The notes: generated from the letters alone by a model not told the origin. DNA of 64,000 bases from an uncultured archaeon (GCA_964632315.1 CAZWEM010000006.1:32001-96000); one strand, 5' to 3'. Shown: positions 10,741 through 21,402, counted from the stretch's first letter. Translations and numbers: made by a program.

Positions 10741-11811
10741 TTAAAATAAATAGGGTTCATCAATTGATAAGTATTTTTCAATAATTTCTAGTATCTCATC
10801 TTTTTTTCCAATATATCCACACAATAAATGACGAGCTTTTCCGTGGCTAGTATTCTCGATTGTTTCAAATTTATTTAATTGCAATTCTATTTCTCCGTAG
10901 TTTAATATCGGCTTATTAGGAGAGCTAGAATTGTAGGATTGAATTACGCCTATTTCTCCATCGGGACGATCTCTTGAAAGATCAAAGCAATCACCTTGCT
11001 TCTCTGGGATATCGTTGCTTAATTTGATTAGAATTCCGAATTCTTCAGAATCAGGAATTCTTATAACATAAGCGATTTTAGCATGAATTTGAAAATCTAA
11101 ATCTTCGGGACGTATAGCAAGCTTATAAATATCGTCCACATCAATTTTAAATGAAACATGATCGTTAGAAACATTCAGTCTATCTTGGGGAATAGTTCTG
11201 AAGTAAGAAAGGGGTTTCGCTTCATGTTTGGAAGGTATTAAAACCGTTCCTGGATTCTTAATACCTCCGCTTATCACGCAAGATAACGACCATCCATTTA
11301 TCTTGAGATTAGGTTTATACATCACGCAATCGTCTATTATTTCAACTCCACTATAATATTGGTAACCCGTTTTAATTGGTTCATTTATGACCCTAAATTG
11401 TCTTGTGATTTCCCCTCTTAACATTTCTTTAGTCAAGTTATTTGTCACATCTAGCGGTGTGGAAATTGTACATGATTTTTCATCTGAATCTAGTATTTCA
11501 TAATGAGCAGGATCTAATCCCTCTTGACAATACCACTCATCCCAAGTTTCTGGATTTTTATAAAAGAATTCCCTTTCAGGACTAACCCAATACCTTTCTC
11601 CTCCAATTACACGAGAATTGGATGAAATTGCATCAATAATATTTGGATTAATCCATAAAAGATTAAAATTAATATTTTGTGGAAATAGCCCTAATAAACG
11701 ACCTCCATACTCCATTATAGTGGCAGAAGAAACCTCATTTATTTCTAAATTTACTAAATTAGCTTTATTGCTTAAGGTATTGTAAAGTTTCTCTTTATCG
11801 AAGTAATTCAT
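10741..11811 (-). CDS. Hypothetical protein, probable galactose-mutarotase-like beta-sandwich (DUF6786-like)
   Basis: YGGRLLGL...LLWINP...GGERYWVSPE...YGEIE. Confidence 0.55.
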   Translation of the reverse strand: MNYFDKEKLYNTLSNKANLVNLEINEVSSATIMEYGGRLLGLFPQNINFNLLWINPNIIDAISSNSRVIGGERYWVSPEREFFYKNPETWDEWYCQEGLDPAHYEILDSDEKSCTISTPLDVTNNLTKEMLRGEITRQFRVINEPIKTGYQYYSGVEIIDDCVMYKPNLKINGWSLSCVISGGIKNPGTVLIPSKHEAKPLSYFRTIPQDRLNVSNDHVSFKIDVDDIYKLAIRPEDLDFQIHAKIAYVIRIPDSEEFGILIKLSNDIPEKQGDCFDLSRDRPDGEIGVIQSYNSSSPNKPILNYGEIELQLNKFETIENTSHGKARHLLCGYIGKKDEILEIIEKYLSIDEPYLF

Positions 11812-11880
11812 ATATTTAATAAGTTTATTGATATAATAAATTTAATTTATAAAACAAAAATAGAAAAAAAAAGAAATAAG

Positions 11881-12870
11881 TTATTCGTAATCGTCAAAAG
11901 CCCAATAATGGTCTTCTTCCTGTTCGATAATATCCTCGAACATTTTCTTCGTTTTAATATCGCCAAGTTTAGTTGCTTCACTGATTATTTTACGATATAA
12001 CATAATCGCGTAATTTTCAGCTTCTTTATCAAGCTTAATAAAATCTTCTGGGCTTGCTCCAATTTCTGGTTTTGGATCTACATCAGCAGTAGCTTCTCTA
12101 TCGATTTCATAAATTCTTTCAGCAATGTGTTCCATATGCTCCATCTCTTGCATAAATGTAGTTTTAAGAAGATCAGAAATTACACTTGCTTTATTCTTAC
12201 CAGTTGCAACTTCTAAAGCAGCTTTCTTTTTCCTTAATCCTGCTAATCCATCTGCTTTTTCATGTTGGTTGGTATATTGAATAATAGCCGAAATCTCACT
12301 AGCTAACGCCTTATTGAGCATATTAATGTATTCTTGAGTAAATATCGATCTCCACTCCGACTCAGCAGGATCAGGGATATTGGGCTCATCTTCCATTTCT
12401 GCATAATCTTGGAACACAAGTAAGTGTTCTTCTTCTTCTGAATAAATTTTAGAAAACATTTGCCATGTATCTCGGTCTCCAACTTCTCGAGCGGCTTTAA
12501 TAACTTCACGATATAACTCCAGCGCTTCTTCTTCAGCTTTAAGTGCCAATTGTGCCATCTCTTTCATTGTTTCCCCGATTTTTATCTTATCCGGTTTAGT
12601 GGTTGAGACTCCTCCCAGAATATAGATTCTTTCCATAATATCAGCTAAATGCTTCATTTCCTGAATAGAAAAATCTTTAAGTATCTTTCCAAATTCATCG
12701 TAAGTAGTTGTTTCTAAAAGATAATTCTCTTTTACAATTTTCCTAAGCAATTTTTCCATCTTTGCATGTTGAAGCATATACTGGGCTGAAACTTGGATCT
12801 CTCTTGCTACAGCTTGATTTAACAAAGCAATATATTCTTCAGTTACTTTAACTGGAACCATTTTAATCAC
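11881..12870 (-). CDS. Tandem two-domain ferritin/bacterioferritin-like diiron protein
   Basis: Two copies of LNxAxxxE..QY..QH...QEMxH...ERI...E..A...Y...EExH. Confidence 0.88.
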   Translation of the reverse strand: MIKMVPVKVTEEYIALLNQAVAREIQVSAQYMLQHAKMEKLLRKIVKENYLLETTTYDEFGKILKDFSIQEMKHLADIMERIYILGGVSTTKPDKIKIGETMKEMAQLALKAEEEALELYREVIKAAREVGDRDTWQMFSKIYSEEEEHLLVFQDYAEMEDEPNIPDPAESEWRSIFTQEYINMLNKALASEISAIIQYTNQHEKADGLAGLRKKKAALEVATGKNKASVISDLLKTTFMQEMEHMEHIAERIYEIDREATADVDPKPEIGASPEDFIKLDKEAENYAIMLYRKIISEATKLGDIKTKKMFEDIIEQEEDHYWAFDDYE

Positions 12871-12956
12871 GTTTTATCTAAATTGGATAATTAGTGATTA
12901 ATTATCATTAATTAAATTTTTACCATTATAAGTTATAATTTTTCAAAGAAGTAAAT

Positions 12957-13223
12957 TTATCCCCATTCACATCGATAACCTTTACCATTCTTTGGCCAAT
13001 TAAATTCTATAGCATTCACTTCACAAACATACCAACAAGCCGCACATTCCATGCAATTTTCAAGATTTTTAATTTTGGCTTTTTTTTCTTTTAGCTCAAA
13101 ACAACCTCCTAAGCAAATTATCACGCAATTTGCGCATCCTATGCATTTTCTCTCGTCAATATTGATAAAATCTTTTGTATTTTCATACCATTCTACCCCA
13201 GGAAATCTTTCTGAAGTTTTCAA
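12957..13223 (-). CDS. 2x[4Fe-4S] ferredoxin (FixX-like)
   Basis: CIGCANCVIIC and CMECAACWYVC; overlaps the stop of the upstream FixC-like gene. Confidence 0.9.
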   Translation of the reverse strand: MKTSERFPGVEWYENTKDFINIDERKCIGCANCVIICLGGCFELKEKKAKIKNLENCMECAACWYVCEVNAIEFNWPKNGKGYRCEWG

Positions 13224-14848
13224 TGAGTCGCACCCCTTTGAATGGATCTAATAATCTTATTACTTAATTTTTCTGCCCAATGTTGGGTTATATTAATTAA
13301 AAAATGATAAATAGGTTCTATAAACTTGAGTGACTTTTTCATCAAATTATTTGCTGATTCTGTAATTGGATACAGTATCCAAAGATATAATTTTCTAATC
13401 TTTACAAAAAACTTGAGAGTAGCATTTAATCCATTGAATAGAAGAGAAAGAGTTTTTGCTTTTTCTAAATTATTTAGGTCTTGATGATTAGAGTAATCGT
13501 ATCTTTCAAAGATCCAATTCTTAAAATATCGAAAATACATTTTTAACCATTTTGAGATAACAGTAGGATCTTGGGAAAGAGATCTTAAAATCATTTGCAA
13601 AAAAGGAGTTGTGAATGTTGTTAAAGATCCTAATCCCCATCCATCGTGTATGTATCTCTTTAACATTCGTTCATCGTGATTTTCTTGAGCGAATCTGAGA
13701 TTGTATCGATTTTTTGCTTTAATGGACCACTGTATTATTGGATGATTCTTAATCTCATCATTATATTTCGCTAAAAAATTAGCTGAGGTATCGTTTTCTT
13801 TAATCGCCATAATTGCAATCTTCGCGGCAATCTCCGCTGAGAACCAGGCTGCAGGCACGCCATCACATAATTCTGTACTTTCTAGTCCCGCTGCATCTCC
13901 GATTAAAATTATTCCATCGCCATAATTAGGCAGTTTTCTTAAATTGTCATCCAATCCCACATAAATTTCAAAACCTTCCCACATTCGAGCTCTTAGTTTG
14001 ATAAAAGGGGCTACTTCATCTTTCCACCAATCTAAATTAGAAGTAATATTTTGGTGATAAATATCAAACATTCTTTTAAGATTTTGTACTTTATTTCCAA
14101 TTTTTAAACATTGATCTTGCATGAAATGCAAGCTATTTCTATAAGGCCAGACCATTAATCCGTTACCATAACCCAACGGTGGCGAGATTTTCAATTCATC
14201 CCATGCCCAACACATTTTCACGGAATAACCAAAAACTTTATCAATGATTCGTTTAGGCATGATATAATCATAGGTATCAGCTAAGGAAATAGTCTCAGGA
14301 GGATATTTAGTTCTAATTCCCGATTTAATCGCAACTAATCCTTGAGAACCTTCTGCATCTATTACTATTTTCGAGTAAATTTTTTCTCCTTTATCAGTAA
14401 TAATCCCTATTATTTTTGTATCTTCCTTAATCACATCGATGACAGTAGTCGATGTTCTTAATTCTGCTCCTGCTTCACAAGCCTTTTTTGCTAACCACTC
14501 ACAAAAGGGTTTACAATAAGTATGATAACCAAAAGCTATTATAGGAGATAAGGGTTTAGGAATCTTTAATGAGTCATCGATCTCAATACCATCATTATTA
14601 AAATTTTTAATGATATAATTGACTATACCATCTGCTGGCCTTTCAAAGGGAGGATTTCCTTCAATAATAAATTTCGGTCCAAATAAAAATCCATAAAATG
14701 GGATTGTAAGTCCAGAAATAACTTTTTCTCCCACATTTTGGGATCTCTCTAAAATTAGAATCTTTAAACCAGCATCAGCACACAATTTAGCTGCAACTGG
14801 ACCTCCAAAACCAGCCCCAATTACGATTATATCATAATCAAAAATCAT
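13220..14848 (-). CDS. FAD-dependent oxidoreductase, FixC/geranylgeranyl-reductase family
   Basis: YDIIVIGAGFGG, IDAEG, ILIGDAAG. Confidence 0.85.
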   Translation of the reverse strand: MIFDYDIIVIGAGFGGPVAAKLCADAGLKILILERSQNVGEKVISGLTIPFYGFLFGPKFIIEGNPPFERPADGIVNYIIKNFNNDGIEIDDSLKIPKPLSPIIAFGYHTYCKPFCEWLAKKACEAGAELRTSTTVIDVIKEDTKIIGIITDKGEKIYSKIVIDAEGSQGLVAIKSGIRTKYPPETISLADTYDYIMPKRIIDKVFGYSVKMCWAWDELKISPPLGYGNGLMVWPYRNSLHFMQDQCLKIGNKVQNLKRMFDIYHQNITSNLDWWKDEVAPFIKLRARMWEGFEIYVGLDDNLRKLPNYGDGIILIGDAAGLESTELCDGVPAAWFSAEIAAKIAIMAIKENDTSANFLAKYNDEIKNHPIIQWSIKAKNRYNLRFAQENHDERMLKRYIHDGWGLGSLTTFTTPFLQMILRSLSQDPTVISKWLKMYFRYFKNWIFERYDYSNHQDLNNLEKAKTLSLLFNGLNATLKFFVKIRKLYLWILYPITESANNLMKKSLKFIEPIYHFLINITQHWAEKLSNKIIRSIQRGATH

Positions 14849-14928
14849 AATATTACCCCAATTAAATCAAAGAATAATATTATATCTCTAAATGAGTTTT
14901 TAAATGTTTCAATCGCAAATGTAGAAAT

Positions 14929-15648
14929 CTAATTTTTAGATGCTGTTTTTATTGTCATTGAAATCGATTCATCATAGGTTTGACCCTCTACTGAACAATG
15001 ACAAGGCATATCACCTGAGGTAAAAAGTTCAGTAAAATATCCTAACCAGTATTCTGAATATCTTTTATTTTGCCTATGTCTAAAGAATAAATGATATTCA
15101 TTTGGGTTATCTTGGGTTAAATCGATCGTGTAAAAATAATTCGCTACTACCCATATTTTTTGAATAGTCTTGACGATTTGCTCAATGGAAAGACTTTTCA
15201 GTGGCCTAGAATTGTTGTACCACATGATTAATTCTATCGCTACATTTTTCTTAAAAGGTCTATCTAATGAATCGGAAGGTTCTGCTGCAGCATGGATTAA
15301 TTGATTAAATGTAGTTTTTCCGATGAGCATCATTTTCATCTCATCACGAGCCCGTATCCAAATATCTCGATCAGCTGCTTTAAGTTCACCATAATATTTT
15401 ATGATTCTTTCTAAAAATTCCATGGTAGATTCATCTTGTTCTTTATATTTTTCAATTATTGCATGTACTTCAGGGGATAGAGATTCATATGCGTCATACA
15501 TCTTAACTGAATCTCTTATAAGATTTGAGATAGTTGTACCTAATTCTTTATAATTATCTATGATTGCTCTTGTTTCATCCGATACCTTCACATAAATTGG
15601 CTTGTCTTTCATTTCTGATTCTTTTAGTTCTTCTTCATCTTTGGACAA
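14929..15648 (-). CDS. Putative transcription regulator: RHH-like N-terminus plus V4R-like domain
   Basis: PIYVKVSDETRAII...TISNLIRDSV RHH pattern; C-terminal FRH...YSEYWLGYF. Confidence 0.55.
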   Translation of the reverse strand: MSKDEEELKESEMKDKPIYVKVSDETRAIIDNYKELGTTISNLIRDSVKMYDAYESLSPEVHAIIEKYKEQDESTMEFLERIIKYYGELKAADRDIWIRARDEMKMMLIGKTTFNQLIHAAAEPSDSLDRPFKKNVAIELIMWYNNSRPLKSLSIEQIVKTIQKIWVVANYFYTIDLTQDNPNEYHLFFRHRQNKRYSEYWLGYFTELFTSGDMPCHCSVEGQTYDESISMTIKTASKN

Positions 15649-16049
15649 TAAATCACCTTTTTTTATACTATTTTTACTCTCTTCTAACAGAATATATATT
15701 TTTATATTAATAAATTTTAAGCTTTTTGATTATTAGAAAAGGTGAATGAATCGATCCAAAGATAATATATATAGGTGTATATACTCTTTTTGTCGCAAAT
15801 ATTTAAAAAAAATAACTTTTAGGTATATATTCTAATATATTATTATACTCTCTAGATTATTGATTATGACACTATTATATCAAGTATTAAAAGTCATTCG
15901 AAAGATTTAAATATATGGATATATCTAATTATATATGAATCTATAAGTATTAAAAATAGAATATACCCTAAAAATAAGTAAGAAGAATTGCCCATTTATA
16001 AGGGTTTAATATTAATAAAGTAAAATTATCAAAATATATAATTTAAAAA

Positions 16050-16427
16050 ATGGCTAGAAATAATCCCGCTGCAGGATGTATTTGTGCAATGTTTGGTTTA
16101 ATTTTTATTGGCTTTTTTTTGATAAGACTGCCTTTTATGCTTTATTCTCTTTTTCCAATGGTTATCTTCATAATAATTATATTCAGTATTCTTATTAGTG
16201 CGAGTTCCCGTAGACAAAGGAAAATTAGAATTAATGAACTGAATCCTCAAATCCCAAAGTTTAATCCTTATAGGATAGATAATTCAGAGCCAAAACAGGT
16301 TCAAATCCAAAATAAGAAACTTGATTCAAACGTTAATCAAAAAGTAAGGTTTTGTCATTTTTGTGGGACTAAACTTGAACAAGACGCCATTTTCTGTCAT
16401 GCATGTGGGATCAAAATAGAGAGATGA
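16050..16427 (+). CDS. Two-TM protein with C-terminal zinc ribbon
   Basis: Hydrophobic N-half; FCHFCG...FCHACG. Confidence 0.8.
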   Translation: MARNNPAAGCICAMFGLIFIGFFLIRLPFMLYSLFPMVIFIIIIFSILISASSRRQRKIRINELNPQIPKFNPYRIDNSEPKQVQIQNKKLDSNVNQKVRFCHFCGTKLEQDAIFCHACGIKIER

Positions 16428-16640
16428 TAATATAAATGAAATCTAATTTACTAAAAAATAATGATTTTGATTTAGCAAGACTTTATTTTTATAATCCGGG
16501 GGCGGAAATCGACAATTCGTTCTATCTAAAGAAAACTTTGGATTGGGGGGTAATAAGCTTTTTTACCCCCAATCCAATTAAATCTTTACGTGAACATTTA
16601 AATATTTTAGATAACAAGCATCTTTGGAAGTGGTGTTAAA

Positions 16641-17411
16641 ATGGATCTTTATGATATTTTTTTTAACATTTGTCTTGGTCTTTTCATTGGTGGAATTATA
16701 ATGTCAATAATTTCTTTCATACTTTCTGAAATTCCTACCCATGATAATGTGGATCATATAGATCACGTTGATCACGTAGATAACTTCGACCATATTGATC
16801 ACATCGATCATATCGATCACGTGGATCATCTTGACCATGTGGACCATCCTGATCATGTGGATCACTTAGATAATTTTGACCATGTGGACCATATTGATCA
16901 CGTAGATCATCCAGATCATGTGGATCATGTAGACCACCCAGATAATTTGGATCATGTGGATTCAAATATCCAGGAAACTATAACTCCAGCACCATTCATG
17001 TTATTATTATCTTCAGGGTTATTAGTTTTTGGGATATCAGGTATCGCAAGCTACTATGTATTAAGTGGGAACTTCAGGTTATTCATGCTTATAATAGCTC
17101 CTATCGTAACAATTCTTATAACGAAACTGATTTCTAAGGTTTGGTTAAAGATTGCAAAATCAGTTCATTATACAATATCGTCTACCCAAAATCTACTTGG
17201 AAAATCAGGGGAGGTCGTATTAACAGTTGATGAGCATGGAGGAGTAATAAAAATTCCCTCAGATAATCCCATGAAAACAGAAAAACTTCACGTGATGCCT
17301 TATACAGCGGGAAATGTCTATGAGGATGGAGAAAAAGTATATATTGTTGGTGTGACTAATAAATTTTTGTTAGTAGATAAAAATTTCAAGGTAAATCATA
17401 AAAAAAATTAA
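16641..17411 (+). CDS. NfeD-like (YuaF-type) flotillin partner with His-Asp repeat insertion
   Basis: 3 TM segments, C-terminal OB-like LLGKSGEVV...GEKVYIVG; immediately upstream of an SPFH gene. Confidence 0.82.
   Translation: MDLYDIFFNICLGLFIGGIIMSIISFILSEIPTHDNVDHIDHVDHVDNFDHIDHIDHIDHVDHLDHVDHPDHVDHLDNFDHVDHIDHVDHPDHVDHVDHPDNLDHVDSNIQETITPAPFMLLLSSGLLVFGISGIASYYVLSGNFRLFMLIIAPIVTILITKLISKVWLKIAKSVHYTISSTQNLLGKSGEVVLTVDEHGGVIKIPSDNPMKTEKLHVMPYTAGNVYEDGEKVYIVGVTNKFLLVDKNFKVNHKKN
16740..16961 (+). repeat. About 24 x 9-nt coding repeat encoding (x-D-H/N)n
   Basis: HDNVDHIDHVDHVDNFDHIDH...LDHVD with synonymous codon variation between units. Confidence 0.95.
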
Positions 17412-17471
17412 TTCAATTAAGTAAAAAAAATATAAATAAAAAAAATAAAAAAATTTAGGAGGAAGGAAGAA

Positions 17472-18641
17472 ATGATATTTCAAGCAATAAATGGAGTTTT
17501 AATTGCAGTTATTGTGACTTCAATCATAATTTTCTTTCTGTTTGTAATATTCCTTGCCACGCGATATCGAAAGTTTAAAACGAATCAATTTGTGATACAT
17601 TTACGTAATGGAAAGGTAAGAAGTGCAGGTCTTGGTGGAAGTATCTGGTTATTGCCATTAATTGATGAGTATATCGTAATACCTACAACTAGTATTCAGA
17701 CGATCTTAGAAGCTCATGAGCAAGTCGTCTCAATGGAGTACCAAAACATTTCGATTGTAGGAATGTTAATTTGGAAAGTCATCGATCCTGAAAAAGCATT
17801 CAGTGCAGTATCGTGGGTTCCTAGGGATGACCATTATGTGGAAAAGATATTAAAAAATGCTGCGGAAGCAATAATTAGAACTACCTGTGCTAATATGCCC
17901 CTTGAAAAAATAATAAGAGAACGTCGTGAAATAATCGAGCATGTTAGTAAAGAATTGCATGAACTTACTGCTGATTGGGGGGTATTTATTGAATCCATAG
18001 AAATTAGGGAAGTAAATATCCTTGAACCCGAACTGAAGAAGAATATGGAAGCTACTAAACAAGCGATTGAGTTTCGGAAAGCACGGATCGCAAAAGCAGA
18101 TGCCGAGAGAGAATCAAGAATGAAAGAATTAGAAGTTCAAAACCAAGTCGGAACGCAAGAACAGGATGTTCAAAGAGATATTGAACTACGTAGAAAAAGT
18201 AAAGAAATTGCTATTGCTGAGCAAGAAAGAGAACGAAAGAAGATTGAGGCTGATGGAGATCGTCAAAAGAAGGTAATTGAAGCTGAAGCAGATGCGGCTC
18301 AGATTAGAAAGAGATTGGTTGCCCAAGCAGAGGGTGAAGCTGCAAGTATTAAACAACAAATGTTAGCTCAAGCAGAAGGTTTTCAGAAACAAGTAGATGC
18401 AATGTCCAGTGCTGATGAAAGATTTTTAGCAGTGCAATTGACAAACATCTTACCCGAGATCTTTAAAAATATAAGTCCTGATAAAATGTTTGTTATGGGA
18501 AATGGGGAAGAATCTTTTTCAAGCTTGTCAAAAGCTATTTTACCGTTTTTACAGCTCTTACCAGAATACTCAGACAAGATCAAGAAGATTTTCGGTAATG
18601 GAGAAAGTATCAAGATTGGAGAAGTATTAAGTCACAAATAA
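17472..18641 (+). CDS. SPFH/flotillin-family membrane scaffold protein
   Basis: N-terminal TM, SPFH domain (EAIIRTTCANMPLEKII, WGVFIESIEI), AEA-rich coiled coil. Confidence 0.92.
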   Translation: MIFQAINGVLIAVIVTSIIIFFLFVIFLATRYRKFKTNQFVIHLRNGKVRSAGLGGSIWLLPLIDEYIVIPTTSIQTILEAHEQVVSMEYQNISIVGMLIWKVIDPEKAFSAVSWVPRDDHYVEKILKNAAEAIIRTTCANMPLEKIIRERREIIEHVSKELHELTADWGVFIESIEIREVNILEPELKKNMEATKQAIEFRKARIAKADAERESRMKELEVQNQVGTQEQDVQRDIELRRKSKEIAIAEQERERKKIEADGDRQKKVIEAEADAAQIRKRLVAQAEGEAASIKQQMLAQAEGFQKQVDAMSSADERFLAVQLTNILPEIFKNISPDKMFVMGNGEESFSSLSKAILPFLQLLPEYSDKIKKIFGNGESIKIGEVLSHK

Positions 18642-18728
18642 TCTTTTTTTTTATATATTTAATAATTCCAGATATCAAATTACTTGAGAAATTGAAGTAA
18701 AAGTGAAATAAGAGGGGATGAAGCATAC

Positions 18729-19613
18729 ATGATTGATTATGAAAAAATCTTATTAAATGGAAATTTTGAATACCAGAATAAAATAATTAATAGAACTGAA
18801 CTTCTGCATGAAAATAAGATGCTAAAATATCCTGTACTAATTATAACATGCATGGACCCAAGAATTGATATATATCGTATATTTCAATTAAAAACGGGAG
18901 ACGTCTTTGTTTTAAGAAATGCTGGTAATATTTTCACTAATGATATGCTTAGATCAATATTAATCGCAATTCATGAATATGGAGTTAAAAATATTGTCAT
19001 TTTAGGTCATTTGGATTGTGGAATGACAAAAATTTCTCTTAAAGATCTCCAAGTAAAATTGAATAGATCAACATTAAAACATATCACTGGAAATCACACA
19101 AATATATATTTAGGGCTTCAGAGATTTTTCAGGAATTTCGCAGATGAGTTAAAGAATATTGAAAACCAAATTGAATCAATGAAAGATTCAGGCTTTTTTC
19201 CCTCTGACGTGAAAATTAATGGAATGCTATATGATCCCGCTTCAGGATGGGTATTTGATTTAGAGCATATCAAGAAATATGGAGTTAAAGCACTTTTATA
19301 TGAAAATTATGGAGTTTTGATTAAAGAAAAGGAAGAAGAATACAGAAGAATCTATCAGAAAAGCGAAAAAAACAATGATTCGACCAAAGAAGTTTTACCT
19401 GAAATAGAGGTGACTAAACCTAATCAAATTAGAGAACAAAGTGATGATAAGGAAAAGAAGCTTCCATTAGATGTAAACACTGATCTTATAAGTGATATTT
19501 CGCTTGTAAACAAAATAAAAGTACCTAAGGTGCCAAAAGTATACATTCCTAAGGTTAAAGTAAATATACCTCACATTTATAAGAAAAAGCTAGAAAAAGA
19601 CTCGCTAAATTAA
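18729..19613 (+). CDS. Beta-class carbonic anhydrase with C-terminal low-complexity extension
   Basis: TCMDPR, RNAGN, GHLDCG zinc ligands; K/V/P-rich tail. Confidence 0.88.
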   Translation: MIDYEKILLNGNFEYQNKIINRTELLHENKMLKYPVLIITCMDPRIDIYRIFQLKTGDVFVLRNAGNIFTNDMLRSILIAIHEYGVKNIVILGHLDCGMTKISLKDLQVKLNRSTLKHITGNHTNIYLGLQRFFRNFADELKNIENQIESMKDSGFFPSDVKINGMLYDPASGWVFDLEHIKKYGVKALLYENYGVLIKEKEEEYRRIYQKSEKNNDSTKEVLPEIEVTKPNQIREQSDDKEKKLPLDVNTDLISDISLVNKIKVPKVPKVYIPKVKVNIPHIYKKKLEKDSLN

Positions 19614-19687
19614 TTTTTCATATTTTTAATTCTATTTTGTTCGAAAAATTGTTAAAAATGTTAATTAATAATGTTAATTAATAATTT

Positions 19688-20971
19688 TTAAGAGATAATG
19701 TTTGGATTTAGTTCTTGAGTCTGTCCCAATAATTTACTAAAGTCGAAATTATCATTCAGTATTTCAGATTTATATCGTTTAATGTTTACTTTATTAAACA
19801 CCGCTTTTTGAATTAAAGGTTTTATTTTTTTCTTATTAATATTTTTTCCAAGGATCAACGCACCTATTAAATTGTCTTTATTGAGTACAAATTTACGGCA
19901 AAACTTATTTTGAAAAGAGATGTATGAAATTTCATCGAAATTTTTTTTAGAATGGGTGATTCCAGCGGCGATTGCTTTAAAACCAAAACCCTTTATCGAT
20001 TGGATTGGAATTGTGCCTTTATATTCTTTATTTTGACCATTCATATTTTCAGCAGCAATTTTACCTTGTTTTTTCGCATTTTGCCATGTTGGGTGAAGCA
20101 TGGGTTTCTCATAAAGAGGATCTTCAATTTGAGCAACATCCCCAGCAGCAAAAATATTAGGAATATTGGTTTTTAGAAATTTATCAACGATGATGCCTTT
20201 ATCAAGAATTATTTTGGTTTCTTCTAAAAATTCGATGTTTGGTCGTATTCCAATTGTTATAATAGCAATATCACATGGAATCTCTCGAGAACTCTTTAAA
20301 GTAACAGAGTTTAACTTGCCATCCTTACCATTGAACTTCAGTACTTCATCATTAAAATGAAGATCTATGTTGCGTTCAATAAATTCTTTTTCGAATATCC
20401 TTGATATTTTTCGATCGAACCCAACCGGCCAGAGATGTGAACTCTTCTCTATAATCGTAATTTTTAAACCTATTTTGATGAAATTCTTTACTAATTTCAT
20501 TGCAATTGACCCTCCCCCGATGATCACAACATTCTTAGCATTACAAACTTGCTCTGTAATTTTTTTAGCATCGTCGATCGTGTACAAGGTATAAATTCCT
20601 TTAAGATCAGCTCCTTCTAAAGGTAACGAGATAGGAGATCCGCCTGAAGCGACTAAAAGGTAATCATAACCTATTTTAGAATTATCTTCCAAGATAACTT
20701 GATTTTCATCTGGATTCACTTTAATTACTTTTCCATAATAAAAATTAATATTCAATTTTTCATAAAAGTCATCACCCTTAGCAAAAAGATCTTCTACAGA
20801 GCAACTACTTGATATTAAATTTATAATTTTTTTTCTCTTGTAATAAACGTAATTTTCAGTTGAAATTAAGTTAATCGTGCTCAACGGATCAAGTAACCTT
20901 AATTTTTCAGCAGCCATTGCACCTGCTGGTCCCCCACCAATAATCACATAATTATTTCCCATAATAATCAT
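19688..20971 (-). CDS. FAD/NAD(P)H pyridine nucleotide oxidoreductase (rubredoxin/nitrite reductase-like)
   Basis: IIGGGPAG, YDYLLVASG, IIGGGSIA, TNIPNIFAAGD. Confidence 0.88.
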   Translation of the reverse strand: MIIMGNNYVIIGGGPAGAMAAEKLRLLDPLSTINLISTENYVYYKRKKIINLISSSCSVEDLFAKGDDFYEKLNINFYYGKVIKVNPDENQVILEDNSKIGYDYLLVASGGSPISLPLEGADLKGIYTLYTIDDAKKITEQVCNAKNVVIIGGGSIAMKLVKNFIKIGLKITIIEKSSHLWPVGFDRKISRIFEKEFIERNIDLHFNDEVLKFNGKDGKLNSVTLKSSREIPCDIAIITIGIRPNIEFLEETKIILDKGIIVDKFLKTNIPNIFAAGDVAQIEDPLYEKPMLHPTWQNAKKQGKIAAENMNGQNKEYKGTIPIQSIKGFGFKAIAAGITHSKKNFDEISYISFQNKFCRKFVLNKDNLIGALILGKNINKKKIKPLIQKAVFNKVNIKRYKSEILNDNFDFSKLLGQTQELNPNIIS

Positions 20972-21257
20972 ACCTCGAAAGGATTTTTTAGGAATAATTT
21001 TTAACTAATAATTTTCTTTCAAAATAGGATCTAACCTGGAAAATATAATTATACTGCTTAAAGAATATAAATTAAAAGGTAGATTTGAAATTCCTTTTAA
21101 AGCTCTAAAGCATAATTGTTTATGATAATGAATTTTGTCAATTTTTTTCTTCAAGAAATTACCTTTTTTAATACTTATTCTGATGTGAATAAAATTTTTA
21201 ATTTAGAATTTATTTTTCTTCTTACATAAAATTAAATTCTCAATGATATCAAATTAA

Positions 21258-21390
21258 GCCCTAGTTGCTTAGCTGGTAGAGCGTTTTACGTTAAAATCGA
21301 TTTAATGTACGCGAAGCCTTGGTAAGGCAAAGGTCGGGGGTTCAAAATGTGATAACATCTCGTAATCACGTGAAAATCCCCCCTGGGGCT
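21258..21390 (+). tRNA. tRNA-Thr(GGT) with introns at 28/29 (21286-21315) and 59/60 (21347-21376)
   Basis: Acceptor GCCCTAG/CTGGGGC. After removing two BHB-bounded 30-nt introns: anticodon arm TTGCC-TTGGTAA-GGCAA, T arm GGGGG-TTCAAAT-CCCCC, discriminator T. Confidence 0.92.
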
Positions 21391-21402
21391 TGAATTCAAA
21401 AG

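Noticed and set aside
15690-15970. TATATA-centred palindromes upstream of the RHH-like gene
   Set aside because: Not distinguishable from chance or TATA boxes in very AT-rich sequence.
16436-16639. 67-aa ORF before the NfeD gene
   Set aside because: No motif; it spans the inverted repeat and probable promoter, so it is likely spurious.
16735-16965. Repeat-rich antisense ORF; possible CRISPR-like periodicity
   Set aside because: It is the reverse strand of the 9-nt Asp-His coding repeat; there is no repeat-spacer structure and no cas gene.
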